DNA of 64,000 bases from a virus, in IMG/VR virus record IMGVR_UViG_3300025132_000026, positions 1 to 64,000 of that record; one strand, given 5' to 3'. How positions within the stretch are numbered: position 1 is the first letter of the stretch; each line of letters opens with the position of its first letter. The position numbers were made by a program, and so were the translations under genes. Below the pieces are notes generated by a model, which did no database searches, was not told the DNA's origin, and was given only the letters and a program-made list of their open reading frames with translations. Of the stretch, positions 55,431-64,000 are shown in pieces.

Positions 55431-57266
55431 TTAGGAAGTAGCTCCGGCTTCTCCGAGGAGTCCTCGTACAACAACTAGACCGTACATATCTGGACGGACC
55501 ATCTTCTTGCCGTAACGAGTCATGACTCCCTTACGTGGCACGAAGTCTTCTGGTCCGAAGATCGTAGGTGTAGTTTGCAGTGGTACGTATGGTGCGTACA
55601 CATATCCGCTTTCAAGGAAAGAGGAGCCGCGGCGACCAACAAGGATCACGTTACGGAGGAAGTATGGATCAACGATAACGTCGAACTTCTTAGTCAAGGA
55701 ACCAACCTTAACTGCTCCAATTGAACCCTTCTCGTCATCATGTGTGACGGAAGCGCGGAATCCAGCGGTAAACTCAAGGATGTTGGCAACTTCAGGTCCG
55801 CAGACGATGAAGTTAGCGCCACCACGCAGAGTCTTGCGGTGGATTTGTGCAGAAACATCGTTGATAGTTTCAACGAGAGTTTCATACCACTCGGACACGG
55901 TACCTGTGAAGTCAGGAGCCGCAGAGCTTGCACCGATTTCGGCACCAGTATCGCGGTTCACGAACAAGCCAGGTGAGCGTGACCAGTAGTAGGTAGCAGC
56001 CTTAGCACCGTTGATGAGGTCCGCAAGGATCTCACGGTCAATCTCAAGAGCAATTTGCTCAGAGAGGATGCTTGTAAGCTCGACCTCTGCATCAAGGTTG
56101 TGGTAAGCGTTGAGGTCTTGACCCAACTCTGGTGTCCACTTCGCCTTGAGCTTCTTGGTACGCGCAGTAATCGCCGAAGAATCGACCTTGATGTCGATCT
56201 CTGGGATGTTTGCCTCACCTTCAAGGCCCCACTCAGCTTGACCAATAACAGCACCAAGCGTTTCTGCTTGAACGATATCATCAGTTTGTTGCCAGCTAAC
56301 TTGAGCCTTAGCACCAGTAAGTGCGAGAGCAACCGCCGTAGCAAGATGGCCAGCCTGCTTATCACCCGAAGTGTGACCAGTATGAACAACATTTCCGTCT
56401 GTACCTGGGCCGGTGAAGAATGCCAACAGACGAGTGCCGTCGGAACCACTTGCGCGAGTAAGACGACGAATTTGACGTGCAACAACCTCATCTTCACCGT
56501 TTATAAGGAATCCATCACCAACGGAGCTAGAGACCGTGAACGACTGAGGACCAATGTTGTCCCTGTCGACTTGATCAAGACCGCTAAGAAGTACGGATAC
56601 AACAGCAACAACAGTTGAACCAGAAACAAAGTCTGCATCATAACGAGCCAACTTGTCTACTGCAGAACCGGTTGCGTGTCCCCAAGCACTCCAGCTTACC
56701 TTCTGTGGTGTAAGCGTTACACCATTACCAGCGGCTGAGCCCGTCGGAGACGAGTAGCCGTTTGCCAAGTTGTAAGGAGCTTGATCAGCGAATACGCTGC
56801 CTTGATCCTTAAGAATGGCACCACTGATGATATCGGAACCAACCCGACCGCCACCATAGAGTGAACTCGCCGAGACATATCCCAAACGGGTCATGTCGTT
56901 GTTGTCATCAGCGCTGCTGATTGGAGTTGCGACTGTAAAGTCGAGGAAGAAGATGAGACCACTTGGCAGACTCATCGGCTGAACGGAAACGAGATCGTTT
57001 GCGATCAGTCCTGCGAAAACGCGACGGACGATGGGGAATGCGACGGCTGCGAAACCTTCGACGTCACCACCAGCCATGCTGCTGCTCTCGCGAAGAAGCT
57101 CTTTAGCTTGGTTTTCAAGCAAACGAGCCATAGTGCTACGGGTGCGACTGCTATCAAGTCCTTCGAGAAGACCAGTCTTTTCCCATTTGTTTAACAATGC
57201 ATGTCCTTCGGCATGCATATCACGATTGACCATACCTTCGGTCAAACGTTCAATAATACTAGACAT
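55431..57266 (-). CDS. Major capsid protein (T4 gp23 family) with large insertion
   Basis: LLENQ, VSVQPM..PSGLIF, KLKAKWTPELGQDL.A.H..DAE.EL, YAPYVPL, TRYG. Confidence 0.96.
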   Translation of the reverse strand: MSSIIERLTEGMVNRDMHAEGHALLNKWEKTGLLEGLDSSRTRSTMARLLENQAKELLRESSSMAGGDVEGFAAVAFPIVRRVFAGLIANDLVSVQPMSLPSGLIFFLDFTVATPISSADDNNDMTRLGYVSASSLYGGGRVGSDIISGAILKDQGSVFADQAPYNLANGYSSPTGSAAGNGVTLTPQKVSWSAWGHATGSAVDKLARYDADFVSGSTVVAVVSVLLSGLDQVDRDNIGPQSFTVSSSVGDGFLINGEDEVVARQIRRLTRASGSDGTRLLAFFTGPGTDGNVVHTGHTSGDKQAGHLATAVALALTGAKAQVSWQQTDDIVQAETLGAVIGQAEWGLEGEANIPEIDIKVDSSAITARTKKLKAKWTPELGQDLNAYHNLDAEVELTSILSEQIALEIDREILADLINGAKAATYYWSRSPGLFVNRDTGAEIGASSAAPDFTGTVSEWYETLVETINDVSAQIHRKTLRGGANFIVCGPEVANILEFTAGFRASVTHDDEKGSIGAVKVGSLTKKFDVIVDPYFLRNVILVGRRGSSFLESGYVYAPYVPLQTTPTIFGPEDFVPRKGVMTRYGKKMVRPDMYGLVVVRGLLGEAGATS

Positions 57267-57287
57267 TATATAAATACCTCCTTTTAA

Positions 57288-58499
57288 TTATGATTTAATA
57301 CCTGCTAGTTTCTTCATTCTCAGTGAGAATGTGTCGGTAGGTTGCGACTCTTGGCGAGTCGCTCGAATAACAGATGAACGATTTGTTATTGCTTCGCTCA
57401 GTGATTTTGGTCCACTCTTAGGAGTTGACTCCACTGCGCTTTCAAGCGTGTTGTAAATCGTACGCGCTTCTGTTACAGAACCAGCTTTTGAAATGGCTTC
57501 GACAATCTTAGATTTTTGTCGCTCATTTAGGGAGGCATTTTTCAAAATGCGGTTCGTATAGAGCAAGCGAGCATTCGAGAGATTTACTTCTTGTAAAGTT
57601 CCCTTCAACTCTTCTAATACTTGTCTATATTGTGAATTTTGCTCTTTGATTTGGTTATTTTCGAAAACCAATTCTTCTTGAGCCTTCTTCAAGTCTTTTA
57701 AATCTTCTTCCACCTCAGTACTGCGGCGATGAGCTAACTCTCGCTCCATCTCGTACTTGGTGTCTTCGCTTGGGCGGCCGGCCCACCCAGATAACTCTGC
57801 AGACATGTCAACGGTAAGTTTTTCCATAATTGCATCGACAAGCTCGTCGGTGTCAATTTCTTCATTGGTTGACATTGTGCCAGCGTTTACCTCGTCCTCT
57901 TCTGAATCAGAGTCTGAATCTTTTGGAGAGTCCTCAAGATCTTTCATTTGCTCTGCGTCTGCGGCAGCTGCTGCTGAGCCAGCAGTGGTAGCTTCTTCAA
58001 GTTCTTCCTCTTCTTCGGAAAGAACGTTTGCGATAGCTTCTTCGCTAATTTCAATTTCTTCTTCAATTTCTTCCTGCATTTGCTGGATTGCTTCTTGAAG
58101 TGCGCCCAAGTCAATAGTAACTTCGGTTTCTTCACCTTCCTCGGGAAACCTTTTAAGGTTCTCACCCTCCATTTCTGCAAGGCCGTCCGTTGCTGCAAAA
58201 GATGTTCCTGGCGCAACGTCGTCTGCTGTTACGCTGGGGGTGCTGGCCGGGTCGTCCCCAAGAGCATCGGCGCCTAAACCCAAATCGGGCTCTGCTGGCG
58301 CTTCAGCATCAAGGCCGAGGTCCATTTCTGGCTCGGCCGCAGTGTCATCGAGAGGCATTTCTTCCTGCTCAATAAGTTTTTCTAATGTTTCTCTAACTTC
58401 GTTAGAATATTTATCGACAATTGCAGATTCGGCGCTTTTTAAAGCAGCTTCACGGAGTGCTTGCGCGTCTACGATCGCCTCTTTGAGTAAACTTGACAT
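57288..58499 (-). CDS. Prohead core scaffold protein
   Basis: Acidic/coiled-coil gene before MCP; EVNLSNARLLYTN, RMKKLAGI; start moved to ATG 58499. Confidence 0.8.
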   Translation of the reverse strand: MSSLLKEAIVDAQALREAALKSAESAIVDKYSNEVRETLEKLIEQEEMPLDDTAAEPEMDLGLDAEAPAEPDLGLGADALGDDPASTPSVTADDVAPGTSFAATDGLAEMEGENLKRFPEEGEETEVTIDLGALQEAIQQMQEEIEEEIEISEEAIANVLSEEEEELEEATTAGSAAAAADAEQMKDLEDSPKDSDSDSEEDEVNAGTMSTNEEIDTDELVDAIMEKLTVDMSAELSGWAGRPSEDTKYEMERELAHRRSTEVEEDLKDLKKAQEELVFENNQIKEQNSQYRQVLEELKGTLQEVNLSNARLLYTNRILKNASLNERQKSKIVEAISKAGSVTEARTIYNTLESAVESTPKSGPKSLSEAITNRSSVIRATRQESQPTDTFSLRMKKLAGIKS

Positions 58500-58532
58500 T
58501 AAATGTCTCCTAAGTTGATAATAGATCAAGAA

Positions 58533-58540
58533 TAAATAGT
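58533..58540 (-). promoter_or_regulatory. Putative late promoter ACTATTTA (scaffold-MCP)
   Basis: Recurrent motif. Confidence 0.65.
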
Positions 58541-58572
58541 ATTATATCATCCAAAAATCACTTATTTTACCT

Positions 58573-59706
58573 TTATGTTCCAACCGAGCCTATGATACAC
58601 CAGCTTTCTCCATCTGATTGTAAAATTCTAGAGGAGTAATTCATTTTTAGGACCACTGTATCTTTTAAGTCTATTGTGCCTTCTTCAACTTTGATGTTTA
58701 CGACATTTGAATTAATCTTATGTTTTTGTGAATTCGCTTTTTTGACAACAATTACCCTCCCCTTCGAATTACAAGCAGGAGGCAGAACAACTGTTATCTT
58801 GTTTTCTATCGTATCGCACACTACGGTATAATCGGTTTTTTGAACTTGATAAATCTTTGAGTGTACTTTTTTTATATTCTTTATTAGTTGGCCTTCTATT
58901 TCTAGACTACCATCAATTTTGACCGATGCCGCATTCACAGAACCATTCACCATGAGCACATTTTTTTCCGTGTCATATAACAAGTTAGAGGATGCTGTGA
59001 GATCGCGTCGACCTTTTATTTGTATTTCATTTAAGTTTCCTGCTGCCGTCAAGGATTTTGTTTTAATATATTTTTCGTATAAGTTTAAAAGAGTTGTGTG
59101 CTCGACAGTTCCCCTTGAAATATCTGCCACCAACAATAAGTCTTGATCACTCAAATTTTGTCCGTGCCTATTAATTGCTTCTGTTTTTCTTGGATCTACT
59201 GATAACTTATCTGATTCAAGCGAAAGTCCTCCGTTGGGCGAAATATCGACGGATATGCCATCCACGGATAACCTAATCCCGGATGAAGATTTTACCTGCA
59301 GGTTGCCTCTGATATCTTGGAGCCCCAAGTCATAGTTTATGTTATCTGCGTTTAACTTACCAACTACGGATTGGGCTTGTAGGTTTCTAAGCCCCTCCGC
59401 GGAGCCTTCAAAATTTTGGGCAGATATTTTTTTAGCCAGGAGAGTTTGATTTTTCTTATCAAACTTAAGAGTGTGATGTGTATATGCATCATTGCCATTG
59501 CCATGTATAATAATAGAATCACTGGCTCTCGGCTTAATCTCCCTTAAAGCCACTTCTTTTATTGTGGCACAAGGGCTCTGAGCGCTTGTATCATAAAAAA
59601 CACTTGCACTGATAGTGTTTTTAAATATTTTTATTCCACCTATTTCTTGATCCGCGTGCTGATCAACAGAGCCCTCGACGGAGCCCTTAATAACATTGTA
59701 AGCCAT
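58573..59706 (-). CDS. Fibre/decoration protein
   Basis: MAYN start; shared C-terminal LP.A...G....K...W domain. Confidence 0.6.
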   Translation of the reverse strand: MAYNVIKGSVEGSVDQHADQEIGGIKIFKNTISASVFYDTSAQSPCATIKEVALREIKPRASDSIIIHGNGNDAYTHHTLKFDKKNQTLLAKKISAQNFEGSAEGLRNLQAQSVVGKLNADNINYDLGLQDIRGNLQVKSSSGIRLSVDGISVDISPNGGLSLESDKLSVDPRKTEAINRHGQNLSDQDLLLVADISRGTVEHTTLLNLYEKYIKTKSLTAAGNLNEIQIKGRRDLTASSNLLYDTEKNVLMVNGSVNAASVKIDGSLEIEGQLIKNIKKVHSKIYQVQKTDYTVVCDTIENKITVVLPPACNSKGRVIVVKKANSQKHKINSNVVNIKVEEGTIDLKDTVVLKMNYSSRILQSDGESWCIIGSVGT

Positions 59707-59829
59707 ACTTTACCTCACCAACATTAAATAGGCAATCGTATCTTTAATATCCACAAAAAAGAGGATGCCCCCACAAAGGAGGGCACCCAAGAATAAACAA
59801 TGAGTTTTGTCGAGACAAAACAAGATTGA

Positions 59830-61407
59830 TTAGATGATGAACCAGTGAGTTGCATCCATAGCAACCAAGGTAACAGCAGAGCCGGTTGATTCAAGGAAAA
59901 TTGAACCAGCGGCTGCGGAATCTTCGATTGAATCATCTGCAGCACATTTAAGAGTAACGTTCGCTTGTGAGCCCGAAAGCTTGACATGAAGAACCTTACC
60001 TTGAACAGCCGATGGAAGTGTATAGATAGCACCGCCAAGACCAGTGGTAGATCCAGACTTGATAAGAGCGAAGTCAGTTGAACCAGAGATGGTAGTTACG
60101 TACGGGGACGCACCATAGTGTCCAACATCCAAGGTCGTATCAGCACCAACGATTTCATCAGCGTAGATTTTTCTCCAGCGAAGAGCATCGGTACCTAAGT
60201 CACGTGCAGAGTCGGTAGAAGGAACGAGGTCCGAGTCGAAACGACCAGTAGCTGTGATGGTGTCAGAAGTTGCGTTACCAAGATCAATGTTTCCGTTGAA
60301 CGATGCAACGCCATCAACACCAAGATCACCAATACCGATAATGTTTTCACCATCAGCATCTAATTCAGCGCCAAGCTTAGGAATAGTAACGAAACCAGAG
60401 TTTGTTACACCAAAGCCGCCCGCTACGAGGAACGAACTACCAGTGATACCCGCCGAGCAGGATACTGTCGCGGTTGGGCCAACTGCCAAGTGTTGAGTAC
60501 CCAGGATAACTCCAGTGTTAGTGATGGTAGCACCTGTAGTACCAGCAGCACCGATTACGATTGAACTACCGGTAATACCAGTAGAAGCAGACAATGATGT
60601 TCCGATAACCTGACCTGCAGCGCCGTAGATTACACCTTTGCTGTTAACAACCGTGCCAGCGGATGAGCCGTCGAGTAAGTTAAGTTCAGCAGCAGTCGAA
60701 GTAACTGCGCCGTCAGCAAGGTTAAGACCACCAGCCTTAGCAACAGTTAAGTCACTGTTCGCTTTCACAGTAACGTTGGCTGCACCAAGTACCAGCAAGT
60801 CAGCGTTAGTTGCGTTACCAACTTCAGCGTCGTCAGGACCCTTGAAGCCAGTACCTTGCACAATACCACCAGCACTGTAGATAACAGCTTTGCTATTAAC
60901 AACTGTACCGGCCACCGCGGTGTCGAGCAAGTTAAGCTCTGCAGCAGTTGAAGTAACTGCAGCGCCACCATAGTTGAAGCCACCAACTGTAGCAACCGAG
61001 AAATCAACGCCATCTTTGACAGTGATTTCCGCAGCACCAAAATTCATTGCGTCTGCATTGCTAGCGTTACCGATATCGAATCCATCAGGACCTTTAAAGT
61101 CAGTAGCCTGAACAATACCAGCAGCACTGTAGATTACAGCTTTGCTGTTGACAACTGTTCCAGCAACCGCTGTGTCGAGTAAGTTAATCTCGGCAGCAGT
61201 CGAAGTAACTGCAGCGCCACCGAGTTGAAGCCCGATAGTACCGTTGTGTCGTGGAACGTCGACGTTACCATCCTCAAGGATAACTAAGTTTTTCAACCTA
61301 GTAATGTTTTCGCCTTCAGGTCCTTGACCATTAAGGAATGTAACTTCACCGGCTTGTTCAAGCGCACCTGAAAGTGCTGCTTGGCCGATTTGAAATTTAT
61401 AAGCCAT
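59830..61407 (-). CDS. Fibre protein with three 84-aa repeats
   Basis: AVTSTAAE(I/L)NLLD..AGTVVNSK repeated; shared C-terminal domain. Confidence 0.7.
   Translation of the reverse strand: MAYKFQIGQAALSGALEQAGEVTFLNGQGPEGENITRLKNLVILEDGNVDVPRHNGTIGLQLGGAAVTSTAAEINLLDTAVAGTVVNSKAVIYSAAGIVQATDFKGPDGFDIGNASNADAMNFGAAEITVKDGVDFSVATVGGFNYGGAAVTSTAAELNLLDTAVAGTVVNSKAVIYSAGGIVQGTGFKGPDDAEVGNATNADLLVLGAANVTVKANSDLTVAKAGGLNLADGAVTSTAAELNLLDGSSAGTVVNSKGVIYGAAGQVIGTSLSASTGITGSSIVIGAAGTTGATITNTGVILGTQHLAVGPTATVSCSAGITGSSFLVAGGFGVTNSGFVTIPKLGAELDADGENIIGIGDLGVDGVASFNGNIDLGNATSDTITATGRFDSDLVPSTDSARDLGTDALRWRKIYADEIVGADTTLDVGHYGASPYVTTISGSTDFALIKSGSTTGLGGAIYTLPSAVQGKVLHVKLSGSQANVTLKCAADDSIEDSAAAGSIFLESTGSAVTLVAMDATHWFII
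60600..61220 (-). repeat. Coding tandem repeat, 252-nt period (three partial copies)
   Basis: gcagcagtYgaagtaactgc at 60689, 60941 and 61193. Confidence 0.85.
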
Positions 61408-61579
61408 GTTTAAAAACCCTCCATTATTATAGTTTTATGTAGGCAGAGAGGATAAGCCTCTCCGCTCTTATATAGTGTCTTCTGGGGGGATCTTTTATTG
61501 GCTTTTTCGTAGCGAGTAACAAAACATAAGAACGTTTAGCTTTGATACAAAATACTATTATTTTTTGATATAAAGTATT

Positions 61580-62209
61580 TTACACCACCCACCAGTCGCT
61601 TGTATTAAAAGCGATCAAAGTAACAGCAGAGCCGGTTGATTCAAGGTAGATACTGTTGCCTGTGGTGCCTCCCTCGATCCTATCTCCACTGCTGGCAATA
61701 ACTGAAACATTCGCAACAGAGGCGGAAAGTTTAACAAATATTTTTTTACCTTCTGCGGCGGTTGGCAGTGTGTATATTGCACCCCCCAAGCCGGTCGAGG
61801 AGCCGGACTGAATTAAAGCAAAATCCACGGAAGAGGATATAGTAGTACCAAGAGGAGGTGCGCCATATTGCTCGACCTGTAAATCAGCACTTGCCAAGCC
61901 AGTGAGTCGACTGCCATCTCCTTCGAAAAAAGAAGCCTTCACTCCAATGCTGGCCGTGAGTTCCCCAGCTACAGTAAGAGCACTTCCATCAAATGTTAAA
62001 TTTGACTCACATGTAATATCATTAGCATCGCCACCAACATTTGTTATTAGAGCATTGTTTGTTGCGTTGGACAATCTGGGTACATTAATGATTGATTCTC
62101 CGTTGGACGTGCTCAAATTTCCGGAGACTATATTTTCTATTACAGTTCCAGACATTGGACTGTATATTTGAGCGGCCAGGATAGAGCCAGTAATTATATT
62201 GTAAGCCAT
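61580..62209 (-). CDS. Fibre/decoration protein
   Basis: MAYN start; C-terminal domain very similar to that of 59830-61407. Confidence 0.65.
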   Translation of the reverse strand: MAYNIITGSILAAQIYSPMSGTVIENIVSGNLSTSNGESIINVPRLSNATNNALITNVGGDANDITCESNLTFDGSALTVAGELTASIGVKASFFEGDGSRLTGLASADLQVEQYGAPPLGTTISSSVDFALIQSGSSTGLGGAIYTLPTAAEGKKIFVKLSASVANVSVIASSGDRIEGGTTGNSIYLESTGSAVTLIAFNTSDWWVV

Positions 62210-62234
62210 TTTATATCGTCTCCTATTACTTTAA

Positions 62235-62939
62235 TTAGAAGACGAACCAATTGCTTCCATTAGAATAAAGGTTAATCGCTGGGCGAGAACCTGTCATTGT
62301 GTAAGAAACACCACCGTCGATGTAACTGCTATTTTTTGAGCCCGTCACAATAATACTACCTGTGCCTCTGACTCCAAGCTCATCTTTGATAACCAATAAG
62401 CGCCCAGTATTGGAACCAGAGGGTCCGGGCAATGTTATGGTGACCGTGTTGGGTTCGAATACGCCAATGATATAATCCTTGGATTGGACAACATATGATG
62501 TGGAGGCCAAGATTTGGGTGTATTCACCACCAAAGCCCCTAACTCTTACGGATTCATCATGCGCAGAAGCGCTAAGGATATAGTCGGCGGTGCCGGCGAA
62601 GCCCACCTTTGAGACTGTTAGGCTACCGGTACGAATATGTACGTCATCGTTCGTATTACCGAAGAATGTCGAACCGGTGGTACCAATCTGAGTTATGTTC
62701 GCGATGTGATAACTGCTAGCTGATATAGCGCCTGTGACAATAAGTGTGCCGGTAAGATATAGAGTGTGCCCATCACGACCAAGGCCGGTGTGGGAACTAG
62801 TGTAATATGTAAGATAAGCTGATCCAGTAGTCGGACCACCAGACTCAGTTACAAACTGAATTGAATGTGGTGGACCAAAGGATCCCGAACCCGGAGTAAT
62901 TTCATCGCAGTCTACATATGCCCAACCGAACTTCGCCAT
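62235..62939 (-). CDS. Fibre/decoration protein
   Basis: GST.FGNTNDDVH.RTGS; C-terminal TLP...GRLLVIKDE...YSNGSNWFVF. Confidence 0.6.
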   Translation of the reverse strand: MAKFGWAYVDCDEITPGSGSFGPPHSIQFVTESGGPTTGSAYLTYYTSSHTGLGRDGHTLYLTGTLIVTGAISASSYHIANITQIGTTGSTFFGNTNDDVHIRTGSLTVSKVGFAGTADYILSASAHDESVRVRGFGGEYTQILASTSYVVQSKDYIIGVFEPNTVTITLPGPSGSNTGRLLVIKDELGVRGTGSIIVTGSKNSSYIDGGVSYTMTGSRPAINLYSNGSNWFVF

Positions 62940-62948
62940 ACCTTCTCC

Positions 62949-63407
62949 TTAAAATGTGCTACATGCTGCGAATACATTAACATTGGCGGCCGTAGCGGTT
63001 ACAAATGCAACTTTATCTATTCCAGTTATATCGTACCGCCGGTAAGACCTTTCGTCTGGAGTTTGGACCGCTGGATTGTTGCCAGAAGTACTAATGGCTA
63101 TGGAACTGGCAGCGGGTGATGCATTGGTGCCCCAGCCAGCAGCCTGCGTTACAGGTAGCGAGAACCACCGCTGAAAGGCGTGGCAGTATCCATAAACTTC
63201 TACTACAGTCGGTGTGCCCACATTGGTGTCCTCAACTAAAACATGTAAGTATCTTTGGTTTTCTGTTGCATAACCGGCGTTACTCGCCTCAACACCTTTC
63301 AGGGGAGTCGTGTTAGCCAAGGTCTCGACTGAGCCTCCCGGAGTGTTAACCAAGCTCTTAGGGCCGCGGGTTCTTCCCCAACTGCTATGTTTAAATGTCG
63401 ACATCAA
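62949..63407 (-). CDS. Hypothetical late (virion?) protein
   Basis: Late motif at 63436-63443; AGGAG RBS. Confidence 0.6.
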   Translation of the reverse strand: MMSTFKHSSWGRTRGPKSLVNTPGGSVETLANTTPLKGVEASNAGYATENQRYLHVLVEDTNVGTPTVVEVYGYCHAFQRWFSLPVTQAAGWGTNASPAASSIAISTSGNNPAVQTPDERSYRRYDITGIDKVAFVTATAANVNVFAACSTF

Positions 63408-63442
63408 AATTCTCCTAATTTAAATACATTCATTATAAATAG

Positions 63443-63688
63443 TCACCTTTTGTTTCTATTGCGCCTTTCTTGCGCTCTTATTCTTTTTCGCTCTTCTCGC
63501 TTACGAAGACGAGCAGCTCTTTTTTGCTTTTCTTTCTTCGCTATAGAGGGTTTCTTATAATACCTTCTTTCTTTAACTTGTTCAATGATTTTTTCTTTTT
63601 TGCATTTTTTAATAAATCTACGAATCATTCTTTCGTGATTGTTTTTGCATTCTCTTGATCTGACTACAACGTTGCTCGGCTTCTTCAT
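63443..63688 (-). CDS. rpsU: Ribosomal protein bS21 homologue
   Basis: ERMIRRFIKKCKKE.II..VKERRYYKKPS..K. Confidence 0.85.
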   Translation of the reverse strand: MKKPSNVVVRSRECKNNHERMIRRFIKKCKKEKIIEQVKERRYYKKPSIAKKEKQKRAARLRKREERKRIRAQERRNRNKR

Positions 63689-63698
63689 ATTTCTCTCT

Positions 63699-64000
63699 TT
63701 ATTTCATTGCATCCCACATTTTGGATGCACCTCCCACAAGGGAACTAATATCAACTCCCGGGTCTACTGGGCTTCCCAAATCTATTTGTCCCGGCTTGGG
63801 TTCTGACACTTCATGAGTTGCCATCGGGTTTGTTCCTTCGAAAAGATCTACACCATTGTATGCGTCAGCACCAATTGATTTCATAAGCTTTTCTCGGTGT
63901 TCGTTTATTTTTTGTGTTGCTTCTCTGCCAGATTGTGGCGCCTGTTGTGTCAACTTTTGAGTATTTTGTTCGACCACTAAGCCGGTCTGCATACCGCGAG
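63699..64000 (-). CDS. Hypothetical protein, 5' end probably outside window
   Basis: C-terminal AYNGVDLFEGT.P...DPGVDIS segment. Confidence 0.6.
   Translation of the reverse strand, partial: RGMQTGLVVEQNTQKLTQQAPQSGREATQKINEHREKLMKSIGADAYNGVDLFEGTNPMATHEVSEPKPGQIDLGSPVDPGVDISSLVGGASKMWDAMK

Noticed and set aside
59870-61646. Diversity-generating retroelement TR/VR pair
   Set aside because: No reverse transcriptase in the window; both copies are coding and flanking differences are not adenine-specific
318-63658. All plus-strand ORFs in the track
   Set aside because: They are antisense shadows of well-supported minus-strand genes, with no recognisable motifs
1-64000. Stop-codon reassignment, introns/inteins, tRNAs, integrase or transposase
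   Set aside because: Core genes (dnaE, nrdJ, recA, helicase, MCP) are intact at normal length in code 11 and end with all three stop codons; no tRNA or mobile-element signature was recognised by eye

Overview
A 64 kb segment of a large, lytic-type myophage (T4-like structural module, DnaE-type replisome). Every credible gene lies on the minus strand, in standard genetic code. In transcription order (right to left): bS21, a family of fibre/decoration proteins, scaffold, major capsid, neck, sheath, tube, tail chaperone pair, tape measure and baseplate genes (about 37.5-64 kb). Next is a replication/repair block: minimal PolA-family polymerase, tubulin-like protein, gp32-like SSB, RecA, UvsE, 5'-3' exonuclease, helicase, class II RNR and DnaE, with endolysin and GroES. 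Last is an accessory block: QueF-like, two ClpPs, J-domain protein, a PvuII-like nuclease/MORC ATPase/two-methyltransferase cluster, thioredoxin, IMPDH/GMPR, GroEL, PMM-like HAD and a PcfJ-like protein. Two promoter classes are visible: sigma70-like TTGACA-N17-TATAAT before replication/accessory genes, and a recurrent ACTAWWTA motif before structural genes. The most notable signals are: (i) three covarying H-type RNA pseudoknots, with T2/T4 gene-32 operator topology, each in front of the RBS of one of the three genes downstream of ssb, including recA; (ii) the PvuII-like + MORC + dual-MTase module; (iii) a likely +1/-2 frameshift in the tail chaperone pair; (iv) several enzyme homologues with altered catalytic motifs. 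No tRNA, CRISPR array, integrase or transposase was recognised. All family calls come from motif recognition by eye, not database searches.
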